NCBI GenBank assembly: GCA_905193155.1
Contig: CAJJNQ010000004.1
Coordinates: 3,628 to 67,627, forward strand
Source: an uncultured Christensenella sp.
Lineage (GTDB): Bacteria; Bacillota; Clostridia; Christensenellales; UBA1750
DNA: 64,000 nt
Direction: 5' to 3'
The position numbers and the translations under genes are program-made. Positions 8,960-17,569 of the stretch are shown one piece after another. The notes beneath the pieces were generated by a model, which did no database searches, was not told the DNA's origin, and saw nothing but the letters and a program-made list of their open reading frames with translations. Position 1 is the first letter of the stretch, and each line of letters opens with the position of its first letter.

Positions 8960-10129
8960 TCACTTTCGCGCGGGGATCTTTTTGCGCAGATCGGCCAGGC
9001 GGTTGAGCGCCTCGGTGAGGGTGTCGTCCTTCTTGGCAAAGTGCAGGCGGATCAGGTGGTTGACCGGTTCGCGGAAGAAGCTGGAGCCGGGCACCGCGCC
9101 CACGCCAACATCGCGCGCCAGCACCTCGCAGAACTCCAGGTCGGAATCAAAGCCGAATTCCGAAATGTCGAGCATGACATAATACGCGCCCTGCGGCTCG
9201 GTGTGGGGGATTTTGAGGTCGCGCAGACCTTGCAGGAACAGATCGCGCTTGCCGGTGTATTTGTCCTGAAGCCATTTGTAATACTCCGGGCCGAAGCGCA
9301 GGCCGGTGACGGCGGCTTCCTGCAGCGGCGCAGCCGCGCCAACGGTCAGAAAATCGTGCACCTTTTTGGCCACGTCGATGATTTCCGGCGGGGCGATGAT
9401 GTAGCCCAAACGCCAGCCGGTGATGGAATAGGTCTTGGAAAGCGAACTGCACGAGATGGTGCGCTCCCACATGCCGGGCAGCGTGGCAAAATAGGTGTGC
9501 ACGTTGGGCGCGTAGACGATGTGCTCGTAAACTTCGTCCGTGATGACATAGGTATCGTATTTGACGGCCAGCTGCGCGATGGTTTCCAGCTCCTGACGGG
9601 TAAAGACCTTGCCGCAGGGGTTGGACGGGTTGCACAGGATCAGCGCCTTGGGGTTCTGGCGGAAGGCGTCCTCCAATTCGTTGGGATCAAAGTTGAATTC
9701 CGGCGGGTGCAGCGGGACGTAGATCGGCTCCGCGCCGGAGAGGATGGTATCCGCGCCGTAGTTTTCATAGAAGGGCGAGAACACGATCACCTTGTCGCCG
9801 GGGTCGGCCACCGTCATCATCGCGGCCATCATCGCCTCGGTGCTGCCGCAGGTGACGACGATTTCTCCGTTGGGGTCGATGGTGCGGCCCATCAGGCGGC
9901 TCTGCTTTTCGGCCAGCGCCTGGCGGAAGTTCTGCGCGCCCCAGGTGATGGCGTACTGATGGAAATCCTCGTGCGCCACCTCGGCCAGGCGGTCGAGAAT
10001 CTCCTTGGGCGGCTCGAAATCCGGGAAGCCCTGGGAGAGGTTCACCGCGCCGTATTGCAGCGAAACGCGCGTCATGCGGCGGATGACGGAATCGGTAAAG
10101 CCCTTGGTGCGATCAGAAAGTTTCTTCAT
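8960..10129 (-). CDS. class I/II PLP aminotransferase, YbdL / KAT-like (methionine aminotransferase-like)
   Basis: NLSQGFPDFEPP, TDEVYEHIVY, SLSKTYSITGWRLGY, KVHDFLTVGAAAPLQ, LIRLHFAKKDDTL. These blocks match my recollection of E. coli YbdL. The start overlaps the upstream gene by 17 nt. Confidence 0.85.
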   Translation of the reverse strand: MKKLSDRTKGFTDSVIRRMTRVSLQYGAVNLSQGFPDFEPPKEILDRLAEVAHEDFHQYAITWGAQNFRQALAEKQSRLMGRTIDPNGEIVVTCGSTEAMMAAMMTVADPGDKVIVFSPFYENYGADTILSGAEPIYVPLHPPEFNFDPNELEDAFRQNPKALILCNPSNPCGKVFTRQELETIAQLAVKYDTYVITDEVYEHIVYAPNVHTYFATLPGMWERTISCSSLSKTYSITGWRLGYIIAPPEIIDVAKKVHDFLTVGAAAPLQEAAVTGLRFGPEYYKWLQDKYTGKRDLFLQGLRDLKIPHTEPQGAYYVMLDISEFGFDSDLEFCEVLARDVGVGAVPGSSFFREPVNHLIRLHFAKKDDTLTEALNRLADLRKKIPARK

Positions 10130-11510
10130 GTTCTTCTCCCCATAGATAAGACTTTTTGTCGTTGAGTATGTGCCTGGGATCGAGCGCGGTCTTGATGGCG
10201 TTCATCGCGGCAAGGTTTTCCTTCGGCGTTTCCCGCAGGTAATAGCGCCGTTTGGTCAGCCCGATGCCGTGTTCGCCGGAGGTCACGCCGCCCAGCTCAT
10301 AGGCCTTGCGGTAGGCAAGATCCATGTTTGCGTGCATCTCGCGCTGCCAGGTTTCCTCGTCGCGGCCGTCCCGCACCACGCACAGGTGCACGTTGCCGTC
10401 GCCCGCGTGGCCGAAGCTGACCATGCGCATGCCGGTCTTGAACTGCAAATCGTTTATGAAAGTGATGAAATCCGCGGTTTTGTCGATCGGCACCACGATA
10501 TCCACCGGTTCCTGCTCGGAGATCGCTTCCACCGCCTTGACCAGCGCGCCGCGCACTTTCCAGATGTCCGCGGCCTGCTGCGCGTCGGCCAGCACCATGC
10601 AGTCCATGGCGCCGCTCTGCTCCGCCAGCGCTTCGATGCGCCTGAGGTTTTCCTGCACTTCGCCCTCGTGCCCGTCCAGCGTCACCAGGATGTAGGAACC
10701 GGCTCCCTTGCAGGGATAGGTCACGCCGGAATAGCGCTCGCCCCATTCGACCACGCTGCGCTCCATGAATTACAGCGCGGTGGGGTTAAGTCCTGCGCGC
10801 AGAATCGTCAGCACGCTGCGGATGCCGCTTTTGAGGTCGCGGTAGGGGAGCAGGAGGCTCAGGCTGGTTTCGGGCTTGGGGATCAGGCGCAGGATGCAGC
10901 GGGTGATGACGCAGAGCGTGCCCTCCGAGCCGATGAACAGGTTCTTGAGCGACAGGCCGCTGGCGTCCTTGACGTTCTTGCCGCCGACGGTGAGCACCGT
11001 GCCGTCCGCCTGCACCGCGGTAAGTCCCCGGACGTAGTCCCGCGTCACGCCGTATTTGACGGCGCGCATGCCGCCCGCGTTGGTGCTGATGTTGCCGCCG
11101 ATGGAGGCGGTCTTCTCGCCCGGATCGGGCGGATAGAACAGCCCGCGCGCTTCGACATATGCTTGCAGATCCTGGAGCAGCAGCCCCGGCTCCACGGTCA
11201 CGGTCATGGTGTCCGCATCCAGCTCCAGCACGCGGTTCATCTGCGAAAGGTCGAGGATGATGCCGCCGTCCAGCGGCACGGTGGAGCCGACGAGGTTCGT
11301 ACCCGCCCCGCGCGGCGTGACGGGGATGTTGCGGGCATAGGCGTATTTCATCACGGCGCTGACCTCTTCGGTGCTGCGCACGAAAACCAACGCCGATGCC
11401 TTGCCGCGCAGGCGGCCGAGCGTATCGCTCAGGTATTCCGGCGCGATGTCCTCGTCGAAGCGCAGCCGGGTCTCATCCGGGATGAGGGCGCGCAGTGCGT
11501 TTCTATCCAT
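10113..11510 (-). pseudogene. GlcD-like FAD-linked D-2-hydroxyacid dehydrogenase/oxidase interrupted by an in-frame TAA
   Basis: The N-terminal FAD-binding part (MDRNALRAL..PRGAGTNLVGS..GSEGTLCVITR) ends LNPTAL-TAA at 10770-10772. The same frame continues FMERSVVEW... to 10113. The stop replaces the Glu of the conserved ALEFMD block. Confidence 0.75.
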
Positions 11511-11545
11511 GGGGAGCGGCCTCCTTTTTGTCGTTCTGAATGTAG

Positions 11546-11575
11546 GAAAAATCCCCGCCGGAGGCTCCGGCGGGG
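11546..11575 (-). terminator. rho-independent terminator after metQ
   Basis: 10-bp stem ccccgccgga/tccggcgggg (11553-11562 / 11566-11575) with a T-run on the minus strand. Confidence 0.7.
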
Positions 11576-11590
11576 CAGAGGAGGGGGGCC

Positions 11591-12445
11591 TTACTTGCCG
11601 GCCAGCAGGTCCTGATCCCAGCCGACCTTGATGAAGTAGCCGCCGAAGGTTTCGTTGAACACCTTCTCGGTCGCGTCGCTCTGGAAGGCTTCGATGACCT
11701 TCTTGTATACCGCAGCCTTGGCGGGATCGTTCACGTCCGCGGTGCGGGCGGCGATCAGGTTCCAATACTTGGCTTCATCCAGCACATCGTCCTTATAGAT
11801 CGCTTCATCGGTCTTAAGGCCGAAGTCCAGCGCGTAGTTGCCGTTGACGATGCCCGCGGTCACGTCGTCGAGCACGGAGGGGATGGTGTTGGCCTTGAGC
11901 TCCTTGATGGTGATCTGCTTGTTGTAGGTTTCGATATCGTCCAGCGTGGGATTGAAGCCCGCGTCGGCCTTCAGGGCGATCAGGCCGGAAGCCGCCAGCA
12001 CCTTCAGCGCACGGCCGCCGTTGGTCACATCGTCGGGGATGGCGACGGTATCGCCGTCCTGAATCTCGTCCACGGAGGAAACCTTGTGGGAATAGAGGTT
12101 CAGCGGGATGATGAAGGTGTAGCCGACGGTTTCGATTTCGTAGTTGTACTGCGCGATTTCGTTGTCCAGGTAGATCTGATGCTGGAAGGCGTTCAGGTCA
12201 ATATCGCCGCTGTTGAGCGCGTTGTTCGGGGTCACATAGTCGGAGAACTGCACGATCTGAAGGTCGATGCCTTCGGCCTTCAGCGCTTCCTGCGCGGGCT
12301 TCCAGAGGTCCTCGTAGATGCCGCCGACCACGCCGAGCTTGACGCTGGCGGTACCGGCTTCGGTCTTGGCGGGAGAGCAGGCGGTCAGCGACAGGGCTAG
12401 GGCGGCAAAGGCCAGTAGCAGGGCGAAAATTCTCTTGAGCTTCAT
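11591..12445 (-). CDS. metQ: methionine ABC transporter substrate-binding lipoprotein (NlpA/MetQ family)
   Basis: Signal peptide with lipobox LSLTAC. Body typical of MetQ (KLGVVGG..., NAFQH). Confidence 0.9.
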   Translation of the reverse strand: MKLKRIFALLLAFAALALSLTACSPAKTEAGTASVKLGVVGGIYEDLWKPAQEALKAEGIDLQIVQFSDYVTPNNALNSGDIDLNAFQHQIYLDNEIAQYNYEIETVGYTFIIPLNLYSHKVSSVDEIQDGDTVAIPDDVTNGGRALKVLAASGLIALKADAGFNPTLDDIETYNKQITIKELKANTIPSVLDDVTAGIVNGNYALDFGLKTDEAIYKDDVLDEAKYWNLIAARTADVNDPAKAAVYKKVIEAFQSDATEKVFNETFGGYFIKVGWDQDLLAGK

Positions 12446-12495
12446 GGGGGGATTTCCTCCTATTTCACATTAGATAAGTTGTTGTCGGGATGTTT

Positions 12496-13464
12496 TTACA
12501 GCGTCAGCGCGAGGTCGAAGTTTTCCTGCATCGTCTTGCAGGAGGCGTCGAACTGCGCCTGTTCTTCGGGCGTGAGGTTGAGCTCGATGATCTGTTCCAC
12601 ACCGTCCGCGCCCAGCACGGCGGGCACGCTGGCATAGACGTTGTGCTGGCCGTACTGTCCGTCCAGCAGCACCGACACCGGCAGGATGCGGTGCTCATCG
12701 CCGAACAGCGCGCGGGTCACTTCCGCAATCGCCGCGCCGATGCCGAACTCCGTGGAGCCCTTGCCGCCCAGTATGATCCAGCCGCCTGCCTTGCCGGCCG
12801 CCGCGATGGCGGGGAGGTCGAGCTTGCCGTAGGTATCGGGATATTCCTCCCGCAGCTGGGAGAGCGGCTTGCCTGCGATGGTGACGGCGGACCAGGGAAC
12901 CATCTGGCTTTCGCCGTGTTCGCCCAGCGCGTAGGCCTGAATCGACTTCTGGTCGATGCCGATCTCTTCCGCAATGGCGCGGCGGAGTCTGGCGGAGTCC
13001 AGCGTGGTGCTGGTGGAGAGGATGCGCTTGGGGTCCCAGGAGAGCGCGTGCTGCAAATAGTGCGTCACCACGTCCGCGGGGTTGGAGATGTTGAGGATGA
13101 TGCCGTCAAAGCCGGAGGATTTGATGTTCTTGGCGATTTCCTTGACGATTTCGATGGTCTGGCGCAGCGTGTCCATGCGGGTCTGGCCCTTGCTTATGTC
13201 GGGCAGGGGACCGGCGGCGACGATGAGCAGCAGCGCGTCCTTGGCGTCGGAATAATCTCCGGCGCGAACGATGGCGCGCCGGGGGAGATAAACCGTGGAG
13301 TCATATAGATCGAGCGCCTGCGCGACGGCCTTCTTTTCGTCCACGTCGATGTAGACGATCTCCTCCGCAAGACCCTGCGAGATCAGCGCGTAGCCCGCGT
13401 GGGAACCGACGTGTCCTGCGCCGATGATGACGATTTTTCGCTTCTGAATATTCATAAAAATCAT
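12496..13464 (-). CDS. NAD-dependent L-2-hydroxyacid dehydrogenase (L-lactate/L-hydroxyisocaproate dehydrogenase family)
   Basis: IVIIGAGHVGS Rossmann motif, DSARLR substrate Arg, LGEHGES catalytic His. The substrate-specificity loop is atypical (AAGPLPDISKGQTRMDTL). Confidence 0.85.
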   Translation of the reverse strand: MIFMNIQKRKIVIIGAGHVGSHAGYALISQGLAEEIVYIDVDEKKAVAQALDLYDSTVYLPRRAIVRAGDYSDAKDALLLIVAAGPLPDISKGQTRMDTLRQTIEIVKEIAKNIKSSGFDGIILNISNPADVVTHYLQHALSWDPKRILSTSTTLDSARLRRAIAEEIGIDQKSIQAYALGEHGESQMVPWSAVTIAGKPLSQLREEYPDTYGKLDLPAIAAAGKAGGWIILGGKGSTEFGIGAAIAEVTRALFGDEHRILPVSVLLDGQYGQHNVYASVPAVLGADGVEQIIELNLTPEEQAQFDASCKTMQENFDLALTL

Positions 13465-13489
13465 GCTCCTTATCGTAAAGCGGAAAGCC

Positions 13490-14170
13490 TTAGTGCCTGT
13501 TCTTCTTGACCACGAGGTTGCCGAAGAGCTGCAGGATGCTCACCAGGATGAACACCACGATCACCGTCACCCACGTCACATCCGTCATGCCGCGGTCGTG
13601 GCCGTAGCGGATGGCGAAATCACCCAGGCCGCCGGAGCCGACCGCGCCCGCCATGGCGGTCAGGCCGACCAGGGAGATGGCGGTGATGGTGGTGGCTCGC
13701 GCGATGGCGGCAACGCCTTCGCGAAGATACACGCGGAAGATGATCTCCATCGGGCTGGAACCCATCGAAAGCGCTGCTTCGACCAGACCCTTATCGGTCT
13801 CCGCCAGCGCGCTTTCCACCTGGCGGGAGAAGAAGGGCACCGTGCCCAGCACCAGCGGCACGATTGCGCCGGGAACATCAATCGCGGTTCCCATGATCGC
13901 GCGGGAGAGCGGGATCACCCACGTCAGCAGGATGATGAAAGGGATCGAGCGGAAGAAGTTGATTACCTTGTCCAGCACCTGATAGAGCACTTTGTTTTCC
14001 AATATGCCGCCCGGACGGGTCACAATCAGCACCACGCCCAGCACCAGCCCCAGCACGAACGCGATGGATCCGGACCAGGCCACCATGATCAGCGTATCGC
14101 CGATCGCCTTGCCGAACGCCGGCAGGCGCTCCATGACGTTAGGCAGATACCGATTCAGAATCTCCTGCAT
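13490..14170 (-). CDS. metI: methionine ABC transporter permease
   Basis: 226 aa polytopic protein with a MetI-type EAA loop (VEAALSMGSSPMEIIFRVYLREG). Overlaps metN by 32 nt. Confidence 0.9.
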   Translation of the reverse strand: MQEILNRYLPNVMERLPAFGKAIGDTLIMVAWSGSIAFVLGLVLGVVLIVTRPGGILENKVLYQVLDKVINFFRSIPFIILLTWVIPLSRAIMGTAIDVPGAIVPLVLGTVPFFSRQVESALAETDKGLVEAALSMGSSPMEIIFRVYLREGVAAIARATTITAISLVGLTAMAGAVGSGGLGDFAIRYGHDRGMTDVTWVTVIVVFILVSILQLFGNLVVKKNRH

Positions 14171-15197
14171 CCAGGATCACCTCCACTCCGACGTTCTTGC
14201 TTCTCAGATCCTCCAGCGCCTCGTCCATCTTGTCCTGCGGGCCGGAGAGAATGCCCACCGTACCGCCGATGGGCGCGTTCTGCACGATTTCAATATCGGC
14301 AAAGATGATGTTGAGGATCACACCGTATTTTTTCGTCATGGTCGAGATCAGCGGCTCGGAGGCGTTGCGCTCCACATAGGAGAGCCGCACGATCCGCTCG
14401 CCGGGCTTGAGCGCCACCACGGGGGATTTCGCTGCAATGAGGTCCTCGATCTTCTGCAAATTCGAGGTGGTCTTGATGAAGCTGCGCGTCAGTTCCTCCT
14501 TCGGGGAGGCGAACACGCTGAAGACCTCGCCCTCTTCCACCACGCGGCCGTGATCCATCACCGCCACGCGGTTGCAGATCTCCTTGACCACCGCCATCTC
14601 GTGCGTGATGACCACCAGCGTAATGCCCAGTTCGCGGTTGAGCCTTTCCAGCAGTTTTAAGATCGACTTGGTGGTCTGCGGGTCGAGCGCGCTCGTCGCC
14701 TCGTCGCACAGCAGAATGTCGGGGTCGTTCGCCAGCGCTCGGGCGATGGCGGCGCGCTGCTTCTGTCCGCCGGAAAGCTGGGAGGGATAGGCGTTTTCCT
14801 TATCCGCAATGCCCACCAGATCGAGCAGCTTTCTCACTTTTTCCGCGATCTGGTCTTTGCGAAGGCCGCTGCCCTTCAAGGGATAGGCCACGTTGCCGAA
14901 AATCGTTCGGGAGGGCATCAGGTTGAAGTGCTGGAAGATCATGCCGATCTTCCTGCGCGCCTGACGCAGCTCCTTGGCCGGCATTCGCGTCAGCTCCTTC
15001 CCGTCGATGCGGACCGAACCCTCTGTCGGCCGCTCGAGCAGGTTGATACATCGCACCAGCGTGGATTTTCCCGCGCCGGAGAAACCGATGATGCCGAATA
15101 CATCGCCGTTGCGAATCGTCAGGCTCACGTTATTGACCGCGTGAACCTCTCGCCCGGCGTCTGCAAAGGTCTTGCTGATCTGTTCAAGCTCGATCAC
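14139..15197 (-). CDS. metN: methionine ABC transporter ATP-binding protein with C-terminal NIL domain
   Basis: GFSGAGKST, LSGGQKQR, LLCDEATSALD, then a C-terminal NIL/ACT-like domain (ILNIIFADIE..GGTVGIL). GTG start with agaggaggg RBS. Confidence 0.9.
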   Translation of the reverse strand: MIELEQISKTFADAGREVHAVNNVSLTIRNGDVFGIIGFSGAGKSTLVRCINLLERPTEGSVRIDGKELTRMPAKELRQARRKIGMIFQHFNLMPSRTIFGNVAYPLKGSGLRKDQIAEKVRKLLDLVGIADKENAYPSQLSGGQKQRAAIARALANDPDILLCDEATSALDPQTTKSILKLLERLNRELGITLVVITHEMAVVKEICNRVAVMDHGRVVEEGEVFSVFASPKEELTRSFIKTTSNLQKIEDLIAAKSPVVALKPGERIVRLSYVERNASEPLISTMTKKYGVILNIIFADIEIVQNAPIGGTVGILSGPQDKMDEALEDLRSKNVGVEVILDAGDSESVSA

Positions 15198-15279
15198 CCT
15201 TGCACCCTCCTCTCTTTAACGTGAGCATAGTCTAGCACCACGGTAGGTTTTCGTCCAATACGCAAACAATATACTGAAA

Positions 15280-15296
15280 TATAGATTGAATCTATA
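15280..15296. promoter_or_regulatory. 17-bp perfect palindrome TATAGATTGAATCTATA (MET-box-like operator) upstream of metN
   Basis: Perfect 8-1-8 inverted repeat about 85 nt upstream of the metN start. Resembles the streptococcal MtaR/MetR MET box (TATAGTTtnaAACTATA, recalled from memory). Confidence 0.5.
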
Positions 15297-15311
15297 ACTG
15301 ATGCGCAGACA

Positions 15312-15346
15312 TAAAAAATCCCATCCGGAAGGATTTTCCGGATGGG
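15312..15346 (-). terminator. rho-independent terminator after the LysR gene
   Basis: Stem cccatccgga/tccggatggg with a T6 run on the minus strand. Confidence 0.7.
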
Positions 15347-15365
15347 TCAATCGCTCTTTTTGGAC

Positions 15366-16301
15366 TTATTTCCCGCTGCGCGCGGCGTGACGGAGATAGG
15401 TTTGCAGTTCGCAGATATATTGTTTGCCAATGTCAGAAATCAGCATATCCTGCCGGACGATGTAGCCGATGTCCATGCTGCTCGCGCCGTCCACGGAATC
15501 AGCGCAGAAGGGTACCGCCACATAGTCGTCGCCGTTGAGCTCTTCGCAGATGATGCCGGAACAGAGGGTGTAGCCGTTCAGGCCGATCATCAGGTTCAGC
15601 ATCGTGGCGCGGTCGTTGGCCTTGATGGTGCGGGTGTATTCGTTGGTGCTGAGGATTTCCTCCGCAAAATAGAAGGAGCTTGCATCGCCCTGCTCAAAGG
15701 AAAGGCAGGGATATTCGCGCAATTCGTCAAACGTGACGGAGGCCTTGCCCGCCAGCGGATGCCCCGTCCAGAGGTAGACGTAGGCGCGGCAGTCGATCAG
15801 GTGATGAAATTCCAGCCGGTTGGCGCGCAGCAGCTTCATCAGCACCGCGCGGTTGAAATCTGAAAGGTAAAGAATGCCGATCTCGCTTTTGAGCGTCGCC
15901 ACGTCGGAGATCACGTCGCGCGTCTTGGTCTCGCGGATCGCAAATTCGTACTGCGAGGTATCAAAGCGCTTCACCAGCTCCACAAACGCCTTGACGGCGA
16001 AGGAATAGTGCTGCGTGGACACGCCGAACTTGCGCTTGATGTTTTTTCCGCCGCTGTATTTATCCATCAGGCTTTCGTATTGATGGTAGAGCTGACGGGC
16101 ATAGAGCAGGAATTCCGCGCCGTCCTGCGTTGGGGTCACGCCGCGGCCGGAGCGGTTGAACAGCACGATGCCCAGCTCCTTTTCCAGCTCCCGCACCGCG
16201 CTGGTGAGCGAGGGCTGCGAAAGATACAGCTGCTCGGCGGCGCGGTTGAGCGAGCCCGCCTCCGCGATGACGAGGACATAATGGAGCTGCTGCAGCGTCA
16301 T
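15366..16301 (-). CDS. LysR-family transcriptional regulator, MtaR/CpsY-like
   Basis: N-terminus MTLQQLHYVLVIAEAGSLNRAAEQLYLSQPSLTSAVRELEKELGIVLFNR closely parallels the IQQLHYI..QPSLS..LE.E.GI.IF.R pattern of streptococcal MtaR/CpsY (from memory). 311 aa. Confidence 0.85.
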   Translation of the reverse strand: MTLQQLHYVLVIAEAGSLNRAAEQLYLSQPSLTSAVRELEKELGIVLFNRSGRGVTPTQDGAEFLLYARQLYHQYESLMDKYSGGKNIKRKFGVSTQHYSFAVKAFVELVKRFDTSQYEFAIRETKTRDVISDVATLKSEIGILYLSDFNRAVLMKLLRANRLEFHHLIDCRAYVYLWTGHPLAGKASVTFDELREYPCLSFEQGDASSFYFAEEILSTNEYTRTIKANDRATMLNLMIGLNGYTLCSGIICEELNGDDYVAVPFCADSVDGASSMDIGYIVRQDMLISDIGKQYICELQTYLRHAARSGK

Positions 16302-16370
16302 GGTCTTTCTCCTCCTTGCGGTTGGATCTCATCCAAAAGTTTAGCATACCGCGCGCGCCGCCGTCAACGC

Positions 16371-16399
16371 TTGACATCCGCTGTGCGCGTTTGTATAAT
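16371..16399 (+). promoter_or_regulatory. sigma-A type promoter for the M20 peptidase gene
   Basis: TTGACA (16371-16376), 17-nt spacer, TATAAT (16394-16399). Confidence 0.6.
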
Positions 16400-16434
16400 G
16401 CTCCCGAATGAATCCGAAAGGGGCGAAAGGCCAT

Positions 16435-17547
16435 ATGATTCAGCAAAAACGTCTGATGGATCTCTTTGCCGGACTGGTTTCGATTGATAATCCTTCCCTG
16501 CACGAGGCGGAGATGTGCGCCCGGCTGAAGGAAGAGCTGCGTGCCCTCGGCGCGGAGCCGCGCGAGGACGATACCGCCGCGAAGATCGGCGGCAACGCGG
16601 GCAATCTCTATGCCTATTTTGAGGGCGAGGAGGGGATGGAGCCGCTGCTGCTCTCCGCGCACATGGATTCCGTGGAGCCCGCCTGCGGCAAGCGCGCCGT
16701 GTTCCGCGAGGACGGAACCATCACCTCCGACGGCACGACCGTGCTCGGCGCGGACTGCCTATCCGGCGTGGCCGCCATTTTGGAGGCGCTGCGCTCGGTG
16801 AAGGAATCCGGCGCAAAGCACCGCCCCATCGAGGTGCTGTTCGACGCGGCGGAGGAGACCTACTGCGCGGGCATTCAGCGCTATGATTTTGCATCCCTGC
16901 GCTCGAAAGAAGCCTATATTTTCGACCTGACCGGGCGCATTGGCGGCGCGGCGGTGCAGGCCCCCACCATTCTTTCCTATAAAGCGACCTTCCATGGCCG
17001 CGCGGCACACGCCGCCTTCTCGCCGGAAAACGGCATCCACGCCATTCAGGCCGCAGCCTGCGCGGTGAGCAAAATCCGGTGCGGCCGGGTGGGCGATACC
17101 ACCGTCAACGTCGGCACGATCTCCGGCGGCAGCGCCGATAACGTCGTGCCCGAAACCTGCGTCGTCACCGGCGAGGTGCGCTCCTTTGACGATGCAAGCG
17201 CCCGCGCACAGCTGGCCGTCGTGCGCAAGGCCATCGAGCGGGGCGCGGAGCAGCTCGGTGCGGCGGTGGACTTTGAAGACAAAGCGCTCTGCCGCGCGTA
17301 TCTGGTGGATAAAAACGAGCCCGTCGTGCGACGGTTTGAAGCCGCCTGCAAGACCCTCGGCGTGGAGCCGGAGCTGGTCAGCACCTACGGCGGCAGCGAC
17401 AACAACCACTTCTTCCATCACGGCGTGCGCGGCGTCGTGGTGGCCTGTGGCATGAACAACTGCCATTCCTGCGGGGAATACAGCTCGGCGGCCGACCTCA
17501 CCGCCGCGGCCAAGCTCGTTGAAACCCTGATCCTGTCCCGCGATTGA
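16435..17547 (+). CDS. M20-family metallopeptidase (peptidase T-like)
   Basis: LLLSAHMDSVEP, DCLSGVAA, FDAAEE metal-ligand context. ATG 16435 is preferred over 16408 because the consensus promoter predicts a transcription start near 16406. Confidence 0.8.
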   Translation: MIQQKRLMDLFAGLVSIDNPSLHEAEMCARLKEELRALGAEPREDDTAAKIGGNAGNLYAYFEGEEGMEPLLLSAHMDSVEPACGKRAVFREDGTITSDGTTVLGADCLSGVAAILEALRSVKESGAKHRPIEVLFDAAEETYCAGIQRYDFASLRSKEAYIFDLTGRIGGAAVQAPTILSYKATFHGRAAHAAFSPENGIHAIQAAACAVSKIRCGRVGDTTVNVGTISGGSADNVVPETCVVTGEVRSFDDASARAQLAVVRKAIERGAEQLGAAVDFEDKALCRAYLVDKNEPVVRRFEAACKTLGVEPELVSTYGGSDNNHFFHHGVRGVVVACGMNNCHSCGEYSSAADLTAAAKLVETLILSRD

Positions 17548-17569
17548 CGCCTGCAAATACCATGTCAGA

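Noticed and set aside
10770-11765. The upstream 85 codons of the 331-aa ORF, extending the GlcD-like gene to 11765.
   Set aside because: The extension overlaps the 3' end of metQ and the terminator hairpin. The family-typical N-terminus (MDRNALRALIP..) starts at 11510, just after an aaaaaggagg RBS.
15198-15279. A SAM-I (S-box) riboswitch or Met T-box upstream of metN. The same check was made upstream of the metY block (4507-4740) and of the GlcD-like gene.
   Set aside because: The leaders are short. I found no S-box core (no GAGGGA...GCAACC...AGCCA-type helices), no T-box sequence and no specifier hairpin. Regulation looks protein-based (the MET-box palindrome).
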